Sequence record: OR786310.1
Origin: Escherichia phage ETEC-TG
Length of the DNA stretch: 64,000 nucleotides
Reading direction: 5' to 3' (one strand)
The translations under genes and the position numbers were made by a program. Positions 37,936 to 46,671 of this stretch are shown here, piece by piece. The notes under the pieces were generated by a model. It ran no database searches, was not told the DNA's origin, and saw nothing but the letters and a program-made list of their open reading frames with translations. Position 1 is the first letter of the stretch. Each line of letters opens with the position of its first letter.

Positions 37936-38491
37936 GCATACCTCCTCTACCAATTTTGAAGCCCAAATCGTAAGCTTCCTTAGTGATCTTTTGTAACTCA
38001 CTTATAGGAAGTGTTACAAGAGGATCATCTTCTTCAATTTCCATCTTGTCATCTTCTGTTTCAATGAGAGTATTATGCACTTTGTGATAAGGGTTGTCAA
38101 CACGTTTAAACTTATTCTTTTCTGTGCTGAAAAAACAATCTGGATCTTCTTCACCATCACCCCAACCTTGGTTAGGATCTCCGTCAGATTGTTCTGTAGG
38201 GATTTCACCTGTAAAGTACTCTTCCAGCACCATAGCAATACCGTCCCTTGGATTTGAGGAATGCATTAAATCACAAACCTTACCCCAATCCATAGCCCAT
38301 TCGAACCGTTCACGAACGCCATTTTCATCCTCCTTTCCAGAGAAAACACAACCATAACTATCATAGTTGCCATACATCTCTTCAATAACAACACCGTCCT
38401 TCAAAAGAAAGAGATAACAAGGTGATCCGTCGAAAGAAGTAGAAAGGGCAGCTTTGCCCGATTCTTTGCACAAAAAGCTAAAACAACCCAT
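37928..38491 (-). CDS. Hypothetical protein
   Basis: 187 aa, Cys- and acidic-rich. Confidence 0.4.
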   Translation of the reverse strand: MGCFSFLCKESGKAALSTSFDGSPCYLFLLKDGVVIEEMYGNYDSYGCVFSGKEDENGVRERFEWAMDWGKVCDLMHSSNPRDGIAMVLEEYFTGEIPTEQSDGDPNQGWGDGEEDPDCFFSTEKNKFKRVDNPYHKVHNTLIETEDDKMEIEEDDPLVTLPISELQKITKEAYDLGFKIGRGGMHV

Positions 38492-38889
38492 TACAAACCC
38501 TCCTTCAGATTATCAAGAGCTACAGTGGTTTCACAAAATTCTCCATAAGCTTTATGATGTTCCAGAAAAGCTTCGGGTCCACCCCAGTCATTATCTTGTG
38601 TATTCCAGCCATCTATAAAAGCATCTTCAATGATTGTGATCAGTTCCTGTCGAGTCAACGTAATGGTATCAGGTTTCTGCGTAGTTTCCACACGGAACCC
38701 TGGTTCTTCATAAAAACCTTTAGTTATAATGGATTCTAACTCTTCTGCATCACAGAGGAAGTAGCCACAAAGATAACACCAACCGTCATCATCTTTCATT
38801 ACTTCATAAACTTCACCACTTGCCAAATTAGTGAAAAGAGTAGGGTTTGTTACTGTAAGTTTTAAAAGAATACCTGTTGGATTATACAT
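38491..38889 (-). CDS. Hypothetical protein
   Basis: 132 aa; start overlaps stop of upstream micro-gene. Confidence 0.4.
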   Translation of the reverse strand: MYNPTGILLKLTVTNPTLFTNLASGEVYEVMKDDDGWCYLCGYFLCDAEELESIITKGFYEEPGFRVETTQKPDTITLTRQELITIIEDAFIDGWNTQDNDWGGPEAFLEHHKAYGEFCETTVALDNLKEGL

Positions 38890-39055
38890 CTTCTTCCTCC
38901 TCTAAAATATGGAACCCGTAATTACAATAATCCTGAAAGGTTTCGTGTGCAAGATCTTCTATATCCTCTTGAGACATATCATCTTCAATTTCGATATCCA
39001 CAACCTCATTGCATCCACACCAAGCAGTTTCAATATTCACTCGTAATATTTTCAT
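38882..39055 (-). CDS. Small acidic Cys-containing protein (57 aa; not in ORF track)
   Basis: Hand-translated MKILRVNIETAWCGCNEVVDIEIEDDMSQEDIEDLAHETFQDYCNYGFHILEEEEDV; GAGGAGGAGGAG RBS; TAATG overlap. Confidence 0.35.
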   Translation of the reverse strand: MKILRVNIETAWCGCNEVVDIEIEDDMSQEDIEDLAHETFQDYCNYGFHILEEEEDV

Positions 39056-39252
39056 TACTCCTCCTCCTCATTGAAGTCAATATCTGCAAGGAGTTCGAAT
39101 TTACGGAAGTTACGACAACCTTCATAAATATAACAATCACGACAAACTGCTAGAACACTTGGGGGATATATGCCTCCCATCGGTGCGAATCGTTTTTCGT
39201 CATCATAACGGACACCAATGTCTTCATCAATTATATAGATACGGATTCTCAT
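39055..39252 (-). CDS. Small Cys-containing protein
   Basis: 65 aa; CRDC ... C; acidic C-terminus. Confidence 0.35.
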   Translation of the reverse strand: MRIRIYIIDEDIGVRYDDEKRFAPMGGIYPPSVLAVCRDCYIYEGCRNFRKFELLADIDFNEEEE

Positions 39253-40361
39253 TTACCAAGCCCTCGTTTCACAGCAGCTACCATCCCGTCTTCCAGAGAT
39301 TGAACTTCATTAATATAATCAACACGAGCAGCACGGGCTTCCGTATTGATGCGGTTAGTTTCTTCCAGCATCTTAACCAAGTTTTCCTGATCGTGACGCA
39401 GAGTTTCAATATCCAACACTTGACGGTTAGCCAGTGCTGCTGCTTCGATCTGATTCTGTGTGGCAAGATCGCTACCCAGTTTAATTGCCAGGTTAAATTC
39501 ATCAAGAACGTTATTCTGCGTCTCTGCTGCTTTCATTTGACGTAAGCTCTCGATATACATTGAGAAGTTAGCAGAGTAAGCAGGAATAACATTATTTACT
39601 ATGTTACGCGCAGATCGCATTAAGCTTGCAGAAACTTTTTGCATACCTTGTACACGCGGTCCCATTTGGACACACAGTAGGCGCAATGCTTTTAAATCTG
39701 CAATACGAATCTCCAGAAGATCCAAAGTATCTCGGATCACTTGTCGCTGTTCTACTGCATCTTCTGGAAGAGCAGCCAAAGCTTGTTCTTCTTTTTCATA
39801 GGTTGCTGTTAGAAGCTGCATATCTCGGTTCAAACTTGCAGCATATTGTCCAATAGCTTGATGTAGCTTTTCAAGATATACCAAGGAATCTTCTTCTTTG
39901 CGAATATCCATTTGAAGGTTCTTTACCAACTCTTCAATACGGTTATTAACATTATCAAACTCCCCGAACAGGTCTTCTTTCATACCCATAACTTTTTTAA
40001 TGAGTTTAGTAATACCCTTGCTTTGTTTAATAGAGTTTGGATCAAGTTGTTTTGCCTGTTTAATCAAAGCTGTAAGTCGTTCACTCATCTGATCGCCTTG
40101 ATTACTACGTTGATGTTTTAACACCTCGGCATTCAAGGAACGCAAGGTTGTTCCTGCCTCTGCCCCAATCTCTTCAATCTCTTGTCGGGTCATAGAAGGC
40201 AAAACTGGAACTTCTTGCGGTGCCGCTGGTGCATAAACAGGACTGGCATCTAACACGCTTGGAGCGAATACAGATTTACTTGCATCTGTTGTTGCAGCGA
40301 ATACACTCATTTCAGACTTCTTCTGACCACCAGTAGCTGCTTTTAAAAATGGACTTGTCAT
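39249..40361 (-). CDS. TelA-like (toxic anion resistance family) coiled-coil protein
   Basis: 370 aa, predominantly alpha-helical/coiled-coil with TelA-like length and composition; located with TerC/TerD/vWA genes. Assignment by resemblance and context only. Confidence 0.45.
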   Translation of the reverse strand: MTSPFLKAATGGQKKSEMSVFAATTDASKSVFAPSVLDASPVYAPAAPQEVPVLPSMTRQEIEEIGAEAGTTLRSLNAEVLKHQRSNQGDQMSERLTALIKQAKQLDPNSIKQSKGITKLIKKVMGMKEDLFGEFDNVNNRIEELVKNLQMDIRKEEDSLVYLEKLHQAIGQYAASLNRDMQLLTATYEKEEQALAALPEDAVEQRQVIRDTLDLLEIRIADLKALRLLCVQMGPRVQGMQKVSASLMRSARNIVNNVIPAYSANFSMYIESLRQMKAAETQNNVLDEFNLAIKLGSDLATQNQIEAAALANRQVLDIETLRHDQENLVKMLEETNRINTEARAARVDYINEVQSLEDGMVAAVKRGLGK

Positions 40362-40948
40362 TCTTCATTCTCCTCTTCTGCATCTCTTATATATGGTGAA
40401 ACACCGTACTCTTTAGCTACTTTAACCCAATCATCCCATTTATACAACCATAATTTTCCTTCAGTTCCTTCTTTATCTGATTTCAACCACATGTTAGGTT
40501 GCTTGCCTGGGTACATGCGATTAGGTTTACGATTATAACCTCTAACACATCTTGTCGCAAACCTATCTACCAGAACAAGAACATATTTATACTCGTGGTT
40601 CAACGGCTCTTTGGAAGTGGCTTTAGGATTAGCCCCTAACTCTGCTGCCAGTTTTTGCCAATGAGCACCGTGCCTACTAAACTTACCCATACAACCATCA
40701 ATAGCGTGAGCAATTTCGTGCTTCATTGTATCCACGATCATATCTCTTGTAGAGTTCTTATGCAAGTGCCAATTTACAACAACAATTTTATCTCGGTAGT
40801 TGCACCAACCGAAAGAGTTATTCACTTTGTTTCTAACACAAGCTTTATATCCTGCTTCACGTAACATGTTGTAGTAAACAGGAAAATCTTCTTTTATTTC
40901 CTGCATCACTTCCCACCACAAGAGTTGCAAGTCTCTCTCGGTATGCAT
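40358..40948 (-). CDS. SprT-like zinc metallopeptidase domain protein
   Basis: 196 aa; HEIAH (HExxH) preceded by FGWCNY region typical of SprT-like domains. Confidence 0.55.
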   Translation of the reverse strand: MHTERDLQLLWWEVMQEIKEDFPVYYNMLREAGYKACVRNKVNNSFGWCNYRDKIVVVNWHLHKNSTRDMIVDTMKHEIAHAIDGCMGKFSRHGAHWQKLAAELGANPKATSKEPLNHEYKYVLVLVDRFATRCVRGYNRKPNRMYPGKQPNMWLKSDKEGTEGKLWLYKWDDWVKVAKEYGVSPYIRDAEEENEE

Positions 40949-40950
40949 AC

Positions 40951-41544
40951 TTACACCTTAAAAGCGAAATGCGTGGTCGTGGCTTCAAAATCAGGGCCAG
41001 ATAAACTTGCACTGAAATCTGAAATATTTGTAATTAAAAAGCTTTTATGCATACCTAACACAGCCACGCTTTCAATATCTTCTACTAACATTTCAATCAT
41101 GTTAGAAACATGGCTGAACGTATAGTTTTGTTTTTTGATGGTGTAGAAAGAAAGATTCCCACCTGCTGTATAAGATACTTCTTCAAAATCTTTAATCGTA
41201 TACTGTGTCCCATCAGTAAAGAAAATGGTAGCTTTATTAGTAGCACGTTTCTTGTTTTTTGGTCCTTTTTTACGCTTATTGCGAGTAGGAAAACCATTTG
41301 GAAATACCGTAGCTACAAATTCTTCAGGAGAAACCTCCTTACCGAAATCATAACCATAAGAAACAGCATCTATAAACTCGTCGTCTTCATTTTTAAAATA
41401 ATGAAAATAGGGCCAATTTGAGAGATTATCGAGCATCTTATGCTCATCCACAGCAGAGAACGTATCCCTCAAAGCGCGTGTAATTTGCAAAGCATTAGGC
41501 AAACTTTTAACACCTGTAATGGAAGTACGGATAGAAATTGTCAT
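40951..41544 (-). CDS. Hypothetical protein
   Basis: 197 aa; Lys-rich stretch. Confidence 0.4.
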   Translation of the reverse strand: MTISIRTSITGVKSLPNALQITRALRDTFSAVDEHKMLDNLSNWPYFHYFKNEDDEFIDAVSYGYDFGKEVSPEEFVATVFPNGFPTRNKRKKGPKNKKRATNKATIFFTDGTQYTIKDFEEVSYTAGGNLSFYTIKKQNYTFSHVSNMIEMLVEDIESVAVLGMHKSFLITNISDFSASLSGPDFEATTTHFAFKV

Positions 41545-41558
41545 TGTTTTTCTCCTTA

Positions 41559-41996
41559 TTAACGTCGCTTGCTACGAGATGAACTCTTTTTACTTAAAGG
41601 GCTATTGTAAGATTTACGAGTTGTATAGCTACTATTTGTTTTAAAAGTTTGTCTCGGCTTTTCATAAGTTTTTATCTCTTGTTTAGGCTTACCATAAAAA
41701 TTAGTTTTCGGTTTAGGTGTATTATAATGCTTATTAATAATCGTTCTGTTATCGTTATAATCCCCACTGCTACGATTACTACCGCCACTCATCATATGCC
41801 CTAACAACATACCTGTAGCAAACTCACCAACACCGCTACTACTAGAACCGCCACCATTGTTGATAATAGTTGTATCTCCGTCAGATCCTTGTTGAGCGTA
41901 TTGTTGAGGAGGTTGTTGGTATTGTGCAGGATTTGTTTCATCCTCGCAAGCTGTTAAAAAGATACAACCAATTAAAATCAGGGCTAGTTTTTTCAT
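41559..41996 (-). CDS. Lipoprotein (lipobox LTAC), Gly/Ser-rich
   Basis: Start moved to MKKLALILIGCIFLTAC with GAGGAAA RBS; signal peptide plus lipobox; basic C-terminus. Confidence 0.5.
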   Translation of the reverse strand: MKKLALILIGCIFLTACEDETNPAQYQQPPQQYAQQGSDGDTTIINNGGGSSSSGVGEFATGMLLGHMMSGGSNRSSGDYNDNRTIINKHYNTPKPKTNFYGKPKQEIKTYEKPRQTFKTNSSYTTRKSYNSPLSKKSSSRSKRR

Positions 41997-42179
41997 ATTT
42001 GCTTTCCTCGTTTTGGCTATTAATACATCTGTGTTTGAAATCTCCAGAGAAGCAATAAAGTTGCTCTCCATCTCGGTATAAACTCACTTTACTGCCGTTG
42101 ATTACGCTTGTCAATACAAAAATTACAACAAACAACCCTATTGCAAAACAGATATTTTCAAACACAACCAACAAGTATT

Positions 42180-42530
42180 TCATTTTAAAAATACCTCATC
42201 ATCAGTTTCATTATCCCAGAAGAACAAATCCCAACCATTCGGATCATTCCATTTGGCTGCTGGAGAAGTCCATATTTGTTCGATATCAATATTCAAAACT
42301 TCACCGTTTCGTTTTGAAACAGCTTTAGTTAATTCCCAACGAGATACAGGCTCTACTTCCCCTGAACCACTCCCACAACAAGCTACCACGTTAGGAGGCA
42401 AATTAATTGGATCTTTGGTCACAATCATAACGCTTACCCCAGGGTAAACTTTTGAAAGATAATCTAAAACGTAATCCACATCACCAGATAAATCCCAAAC
42501 AAGTTCTTGAATCTCATCAAAATTATTCAT
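42180..42530 (-). CDS. Hypothetical protein
   Basis: 116 aa; preceded by terminator-like hairpin and GGAGAGA RBS. Confidence 0.45.
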   Translation of the reverse strand: MNNFDEIQELVWDLSGDVDYVLDYLSKVYPGVSVMIVTKDPINLPPNVVACCGSGSGEVEPVSRWELTKAVSKRNGEVLNIDIEQIWTSPAAKWNDPNGWDLFFWDNETDDEVFLK

Positions 42531-42549
42531 AAGTCTCTCCTATAAAATA

Positions 42550-42565
42550 GCCTCCCGAAGGAGGC
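42550..42565 (-). terminator. Rho-independent terminator after TerC gene (UUCG tetraloop)
   Basis: GCCTCC-CGAA-GGAGGC followed on the minus strand by AUUUUAUA. Confidence 0.55.
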
Positions 42566-42572
42566 TCATCTA

Positions 42573-43547
42573 TTAAACAGCAGCTTCTTCTTTTTCAGGG
42601 AAGATAAAGCTTGCAATAACACCAAGAGCTAATGTGCCTAGAACAATCATCAGACTTACGTTAGGGGAAATATCATGCGGGAAGAATGACCACTTGGCAT
42701 GAAGTGTTTCACCGAACGGGTGATACATAAGTTTAGCACCAACAAACACCAGAACCACAGCAACAGCTTTCTCTAAGTGAACCAGATATTTCACAGCTAC
42801 ACTCAACACAAAGAAAAGTGCACGTAAACCAAGAACAGCCATCAGCATTGCAGAATAAACTAGCAGAGGTTCTTGTGTCACACCGATCACAGCCGGAACT
42901 GAATCAAAAGAGAAGACAATATCTGTAAGCTCAATAACAAACACACAAAGAAGAGCAGGAGTTGCATATTTAATACCATTCTTAATGGTGATGAACTTTT
43001 CACCATCCAGTGCATTGTGCACAGGCAGAACTTTACCTACTAAACGAACAGCCCAATGCTTAGAGTAATCAATATCCTCTTCTTCGTCACCACCTTTGAT
43101 GATAGCCACGGCAGACCAAGCTACAATCAAACCGAACAACACTTGGACCGACCAATGAAGGTTAAACAAAGCGGTCCCTGCTGCAACAAAAATACCTCGG
43201 AAGACAATGGCTCCTGCAATCCCCCAAAGTAGAATCTTATGTTGGAGATGTGTGCTCTTAATTCCAAAGCTTGCAAAAATCGCCATGAACACCATCAGGT
43301 TATCTACAGAAAGACTCTTTTCCAACACATAGCCACTTAGGAAAAGCGCGGCAAACTCTTTACCATGTTCTACCCAAATGAATGCGTAATATCCTAAAGC
43401 TAAAGCAATCCAAAAAACAGACCAAAGCAAAGCAGATTTAATTCCAATTTCTTTATTCTCTTTATGACCAAAGAAATCGATACCAATAGACAATGCCAAA
43501 ATACCAACTAAAACAACTACATCAATAATTGGGAAACCGAGTTGCAT
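42573..43547 (-). CDS. terC: TerC-family integral membrane protein
   Basis: 324 aa; multiple TM helices; signature EKSLSVDNLMVF; GAGGAGA RBS. Confidence 0.7.
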   Translation of the reverse strand: MQLGFPIIDVVVLVGILALSIGIDFFGHKENKEIGIKSALLWSVFWIALALGYYAFIWVEHGKEFAALFLSGYVLEKSLSVDNLMVFMAIFASFGIKSTHLQHKILLWGIAGAIVFRGIFVAAGTALFNLHWSVQVLFGLIVAWSAVAIIKGGDEEEDIDYSKHWAVRLVGKVLPVHNALDGEKFITIKNGIKYATPALLCVFVIELTDIVFSFDSVPAVIGVTQEPLLVYSAMLMAVLGLRALFFVLSVAVKYLVHLEKAVAVVLVFVGAKLMYHPFGETLHAKWSFFPHDISPNVSLMIVLGTLALGVIASFIFPEKEEAAV

Positions 43548-43595
43548 TCTTTTCTCCTCTCTTTGCGGGGAACTATTCCCCGCTTCATGTGATAT

Positions 43596-43623
43596 ATCTT
43601 ACTCTTTTTAAGAACTGTGTCAA
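43596..43623 (-). promoter_or_regulatory. Sigma70-like promoter (TTGACA-N16-TAAGAT) upstream of TerC gene
   Basis: Minus-strand -35 TTGACA (43618-43623) inside conserved AAGTGTTGACA motif; -10-like TAAGAT 16 nt downstream. Confidence 0.4.
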
Positions 43624-43626
43624 CAC

Positions 43627-43848
43627 TTATTTTGTTGAATGAGAGGAAAAGATTCCTCGTAATACCGCCAGAATAAACGAAACACAAACCACGGTCCAGA
43701 AGGTTACTGGGACAGTGATATCTGCATGACCCATAACTTCAGCAACATAGTTGTAAGCCAGCAACAGTAACCAAGCTGGAATCAAACTAAGCATAAAAGC
43801 AATAACAAAAAAGCTTACCACTGCAACAATACCTGCAAAAACACCCAT
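43627..43848 (-). CDS. Small membrane protein (two TM helices)
   Basis: 73 aa, hydrophobic. Confidence 0.45.
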   Translation of the reverse strand: MGVFAGIVAVVSFFVIAFMLSLIPAWLLLLAYNYVAEVMGHADITVPVTFWTVVCVSFILAVLRGIFSSHSTK

Positions 43849-43860
43849 ACTAATCTCCTC

Positions 43861-44334
43861 TTAAAGTTTATAAATAGTCACATCGTGACCTGTTTTTACT
43901 AAAGTTTCTTCAATCATCACTTGGATGATAGCCCAATTACCTCCAGCATATCCAGCGCCAATCATAGGTAAGCCGATCTTACATTTTTGGTCACGGAGAA
44001 GCAAATCATTAGCCATAGCTATTAGTGCATCGTAAAGTGCATCATAGTCCAACTGACGACCTTTAGCATTGTATCCGTAACGGTATTGCCCGTATAGATT
44101 ATATACCAAAGGGTCTGATTGTTCGTCTGGCACCCCTAAACTAAAACAACCTAGTTTACTTTGATCACCAGCCATTGTGTCTAAGTCTGCTGCATATGCG
44201 TAAGGAAATGCTTGTTTGATTTGTGGGGCAATACCTGCCCCCATATTACACATACAGTTGCAACAATGAGCAATAACAGTTACTTCACCTGCTTTAGCGG
44301 CATCAATAAGATTACCTCTTTTCATTTTAAGCAT
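43861..44334 (-). CDS. Macro domain protein (ADP-ribose binding/processing)
   Basis: Start moved to ATG with TAAGGAG RBS; motifs GNLIDAAKAGEVTVIAHCCNCMCNMGAGIA and IGLPMIGAGYAGG resemble macro-domain signatures. Confidence 0.5.
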   Translation of the reverse strand: MLKMKRGNLIDAAKAGEVTVIAHCCNCMCNMGAGIAPQIKQAFPYAYAADLDTMAGDQSKLGCFSLGVPDEQSDPLVYNLYGQYRYGYNAKGRQLDYDALYDALIAMANDLLLRDQKCKIGLPMIGAGYAGGNWAIIQVMIEETLVKTGHDVTIYKL

Positions 44335-44347
44335 TTTTAGCTCCTTA

Positions 44348-45175
44348 TTACAGAATGTGTTGTTTTGTGTAACGATCCAAGAATTCAAAGTTTTCAGCAT
44401 ACTTTGAAATTCGGTTGTAACCTTCTCCCAAACATCCAAAGAAAAGTTGCTCTACATAGTAATGTGGCAATTGGCTAAGAATGATTTTGAAGTCTTCATG
44501 ATTTTGGCCCATAAGATACTTAATAGGACGAACAAGACACTGTGCATCACGTTCTTCATTAATCATTTTAACAAACGCTTCTGGTGTATTAATGTAGTTA
44601 AAATTCAGTTTAGCTTCGGTATCTGCTTGATTACCTTCGTATTTTGCAAAATACAAGAAGTAAACATCATTTTTAACTTGATTTTCATCAAGGATCTCAA
44701 TCAGTTTGTCTTCATGCGTTCCAGTGATATTTACATCATCAATGAATACAAGCTTCTTATCACCCCAGAATTCTTTGTTGCAGTAGAATGTATCCCCATC
44801 AATAAGTTTCTTACGACTAGCTTTATCCAAGAAACCATAATCGTTGATATAGCTAACTTTACGATGAATAATGTCCAGTTCTGCTGAACGACCTTGATCA
44901 TATTGTGATTGCAACATATTAAAGTAATTAATAAAATGATCTGTCATCATTGTTGCAGCATTATGCACATGGTTGTAAGGAGAAGGGATGATAACAAATT
45001 GTTCCCCAATATGTTTCATTGCCACTTGAGCAAAAAACTGAAGTGCCAATTCTTTACCCATACGACGCGCAGCCTGGTTACTACCAAATTTCAATTTTGA
45101 ATAATCTTTAATATCAAAAGTAGCAGTTTCCAGGTCATCAAATTTATTTGCAAAAATTTGAGTTTGATTACGCAT
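44348..45175 (-). CDS. Phosphoribosyltransferase-fold (PRTase) protein
   Basis: 275 aa; PRPP-binding-loop-like motif KLVFIDDVNITGT; GAGGAGA RBS. Confidence 0.55.
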   Translation of the reverse strand: MRNQTQIFANKFDDLETATFDIKDYSKLKFGSNQAARRMGKELALQFFAQVAMKHIGEQFVIIPSPYNHVHNAATMMTDHFINYFNMLQSQYDQGRSAELDIIHRKVSYINDYGFLDKASRKKLIDGDTFYCNKEFWGDKKLVFIDDVNITGTHEDKLIEILDENQVKNDVYFLYFAKYEGNQADTEAKLNFNYINTPEAFVKMINEERDAQCLVRPIKYLMGQNHEDFKIILSQLPHYYVEQLFFGCLGEGYNRISKYAENFEFLDRYTKQHIL

Positions 45176-45824
45176 TTACAATTTCTCCTCTTTTAAGTTT
45201 CTCTAGTAAGTCGTTAGGGTTCTTAATATGACAGAAGTTAAATCCTAAGTCAACACATTTTCCATCATATTCTTCACTATCGCCTACGTGCAATACTTCG
45301 TGCCCTAACAGAGGGATCGGAGAATACGTGAGCGTGCGAGCAAAGAATCGCGGATCTGGTTTACAAAGTAAAGCTTCATCCGAGAAATGGGTGAACTCAA
45401 AACAATTCCAACTATCAAACTTACAAGCACGACGCAGGATATCCCCTGATATGAAGTTGGTATTGCTCTTAATACTCAAATCATAACGCCCCGAAAGATA
45501 CAGCAAGTACATCGGCAGATCCACGGCTACGTGTGGTGGAAACTTAAGGAACCACTGTTCACACTCGAAACGAAGCTTTGCAGACTTCCAAGGCGTTATC
45601 CCAAGTTCAGAACCAAGTTTTTCCCAGGCGTATGCTGCACACTCGGCTTTGCCTTGAAGTGCTGCATTATCCAGTTCCTTTTTGATCTTCTTATAAGCTG
45701 CTCTTGCTTCCACTTCCGTAATATCTCCATATTTTGCGATAGTCCAGGCTCGCATATCTGCGTAATTGGAGTTTGCTGTGATCAGTGTGTTCCATACATC
45801 AAAAGAGATATGTTTAATAGTCAT
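45168..45824 (-). CDS. HAD-superfamily hydrolase (subfamily IA-like)
   Basis: 218 aa; motif I FDVWNTL, motif II SIKSNT, motif III CKPDPRFF, motif IV HVGDSEEYD. Confidence 0.6.
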   Translation of the reverse strand: MTIKHISFDVWNTLITANSNYADMRAWTIAKYGDITEVEARAAYKKIKKELDNAALQGKAECAAYAWEKLGSELGITPWKSAKLRFECEQWFLKFPPHVAVDLPMYLLYLSGRYDLSIKSNTNFISGDILRRACKFDSWNCFEFTHFSDEALLCKPDPRFFARTLTYSPIPLLGHEVLHVGDSEEYDGKCVDLGFNFCHIKNPNDLLEKLKRGEIVNA

Positions 45825-45825
45825 A

Positions 45826-46431
45826 TTAAGCCCACCATGCGTCTAAGTTAAGATTACTGTCCACTACCACTTGTTCTATGTGGTAGCCTTTTATCTGTAT
45901 CCCACTGTTCAAGAGCATATCATACGCTTCATTGAAACGCAACTTATCTTCTGCGGAATATAAGCGAGCATTATAAAATCGGTAATCAATTTCTTCAGCA
46001 TTAGAAGAAATACGGAAGAAGTTTGTTTCTACTTCGGGATCACTTGCTGAAGTCTTAATGTGAACTTCTCCGTAATTTTCTTTACTTAGATCCATGAAAA
46101 GAACACAGGCAACATGTTTAAACATTCGTTCCAGTTTGTAACGAACAACATTGAAACCTGCATTCTCAAGTTTTTCTACACACTGCAACATTAAAGTAGT
46201 GTCGAGATCGCTTTGATACTTTGTTAACATACGATCACGTTGAGACTTTGTATCCCGATGTAAATCAATTGTTGTGCATTTGGCACCAATAATCTTAGCT
46301 GCTTTCATCAACTCTTCAGAACTAACGTTAGATAAAGTAAGATGAAAATGGGCTTTCCACACTTTTTTAGCAGGGACACCAAAAGATTTATCCCCACTAT
46401 TCGGCATGTTGACTACTACACTATGTTGCAT
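45826..46431 (-). CDS. Hypothetical protein
   Basis: 201 aa; contains one HLTL motif but no convincing second 2H motif. Confidence 0.4.
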   Translation of the reverse strand: MQHSVVVNMPNSGDKSFGVPAKKVWKAHFHLTLSNVSSEELMKAAKIIGAKCTTIDLHRDTKSQRDRMLTKYQSDLDTTLMLQCVEKLENAGFNVVRYKLERMFKHVACVLFMDLSKENYGEVHIKTSASDPEVETNFFRISSNAEEIDYRFYNARLYSAEDKLRFNEAYDMLLNSGIQIKGYHIEQVVVDSNLNLDAWWA

Positions 46432-46446
46432 TACTTATCTCCTCAC

Positions 46447-46671
46447 TTAAAATGGAAGTCTTTGAAGTTCATCTCCTCCGATATCAAGTAATTTAGCAAC
46501 ATCTCGATCAGAAAGCAACTCTTTTCTTTGTAAAATATCCACAAGGGTTGCAAGAATGTCCTTAACGTCCCGATCACTGTTCTTCAAAAGTTCTCCTGCC
46601 GTCCCTACTCTATCTCCTACAGCAAAATATGTAACCATGAAACCTCCTAAGTTAATCTGATTGCCAACCAC
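46447..46671 (-). CDS. Hypothetical protein
   Basis: 74 aa. Confidence 0.35.
   Translation of the reverse strand: MVGNQINLGGFMVTYFAVGDRVGTAGELLKNSDRDVKDILATLVDILQRKELLSDRDVAKLLDIGGDELQRLPF

Noticed and set aside
43548-43626. yybP-ykoY type Mn riboswitch upstream of the TerC gene
   Set aside because: The leader is only about 80 nt with a single short hairpin, too small for the known riboswitch architecture.
45826-46431. Possible 2H phosphoesterase (LigT-like) assignment
   Set aside because: Only one convincing H-x-T-x motif (HLTL); the second candidate (HIKTS) does not fit the H-x-[TS]-x pattern, so it is left as hypothetical.
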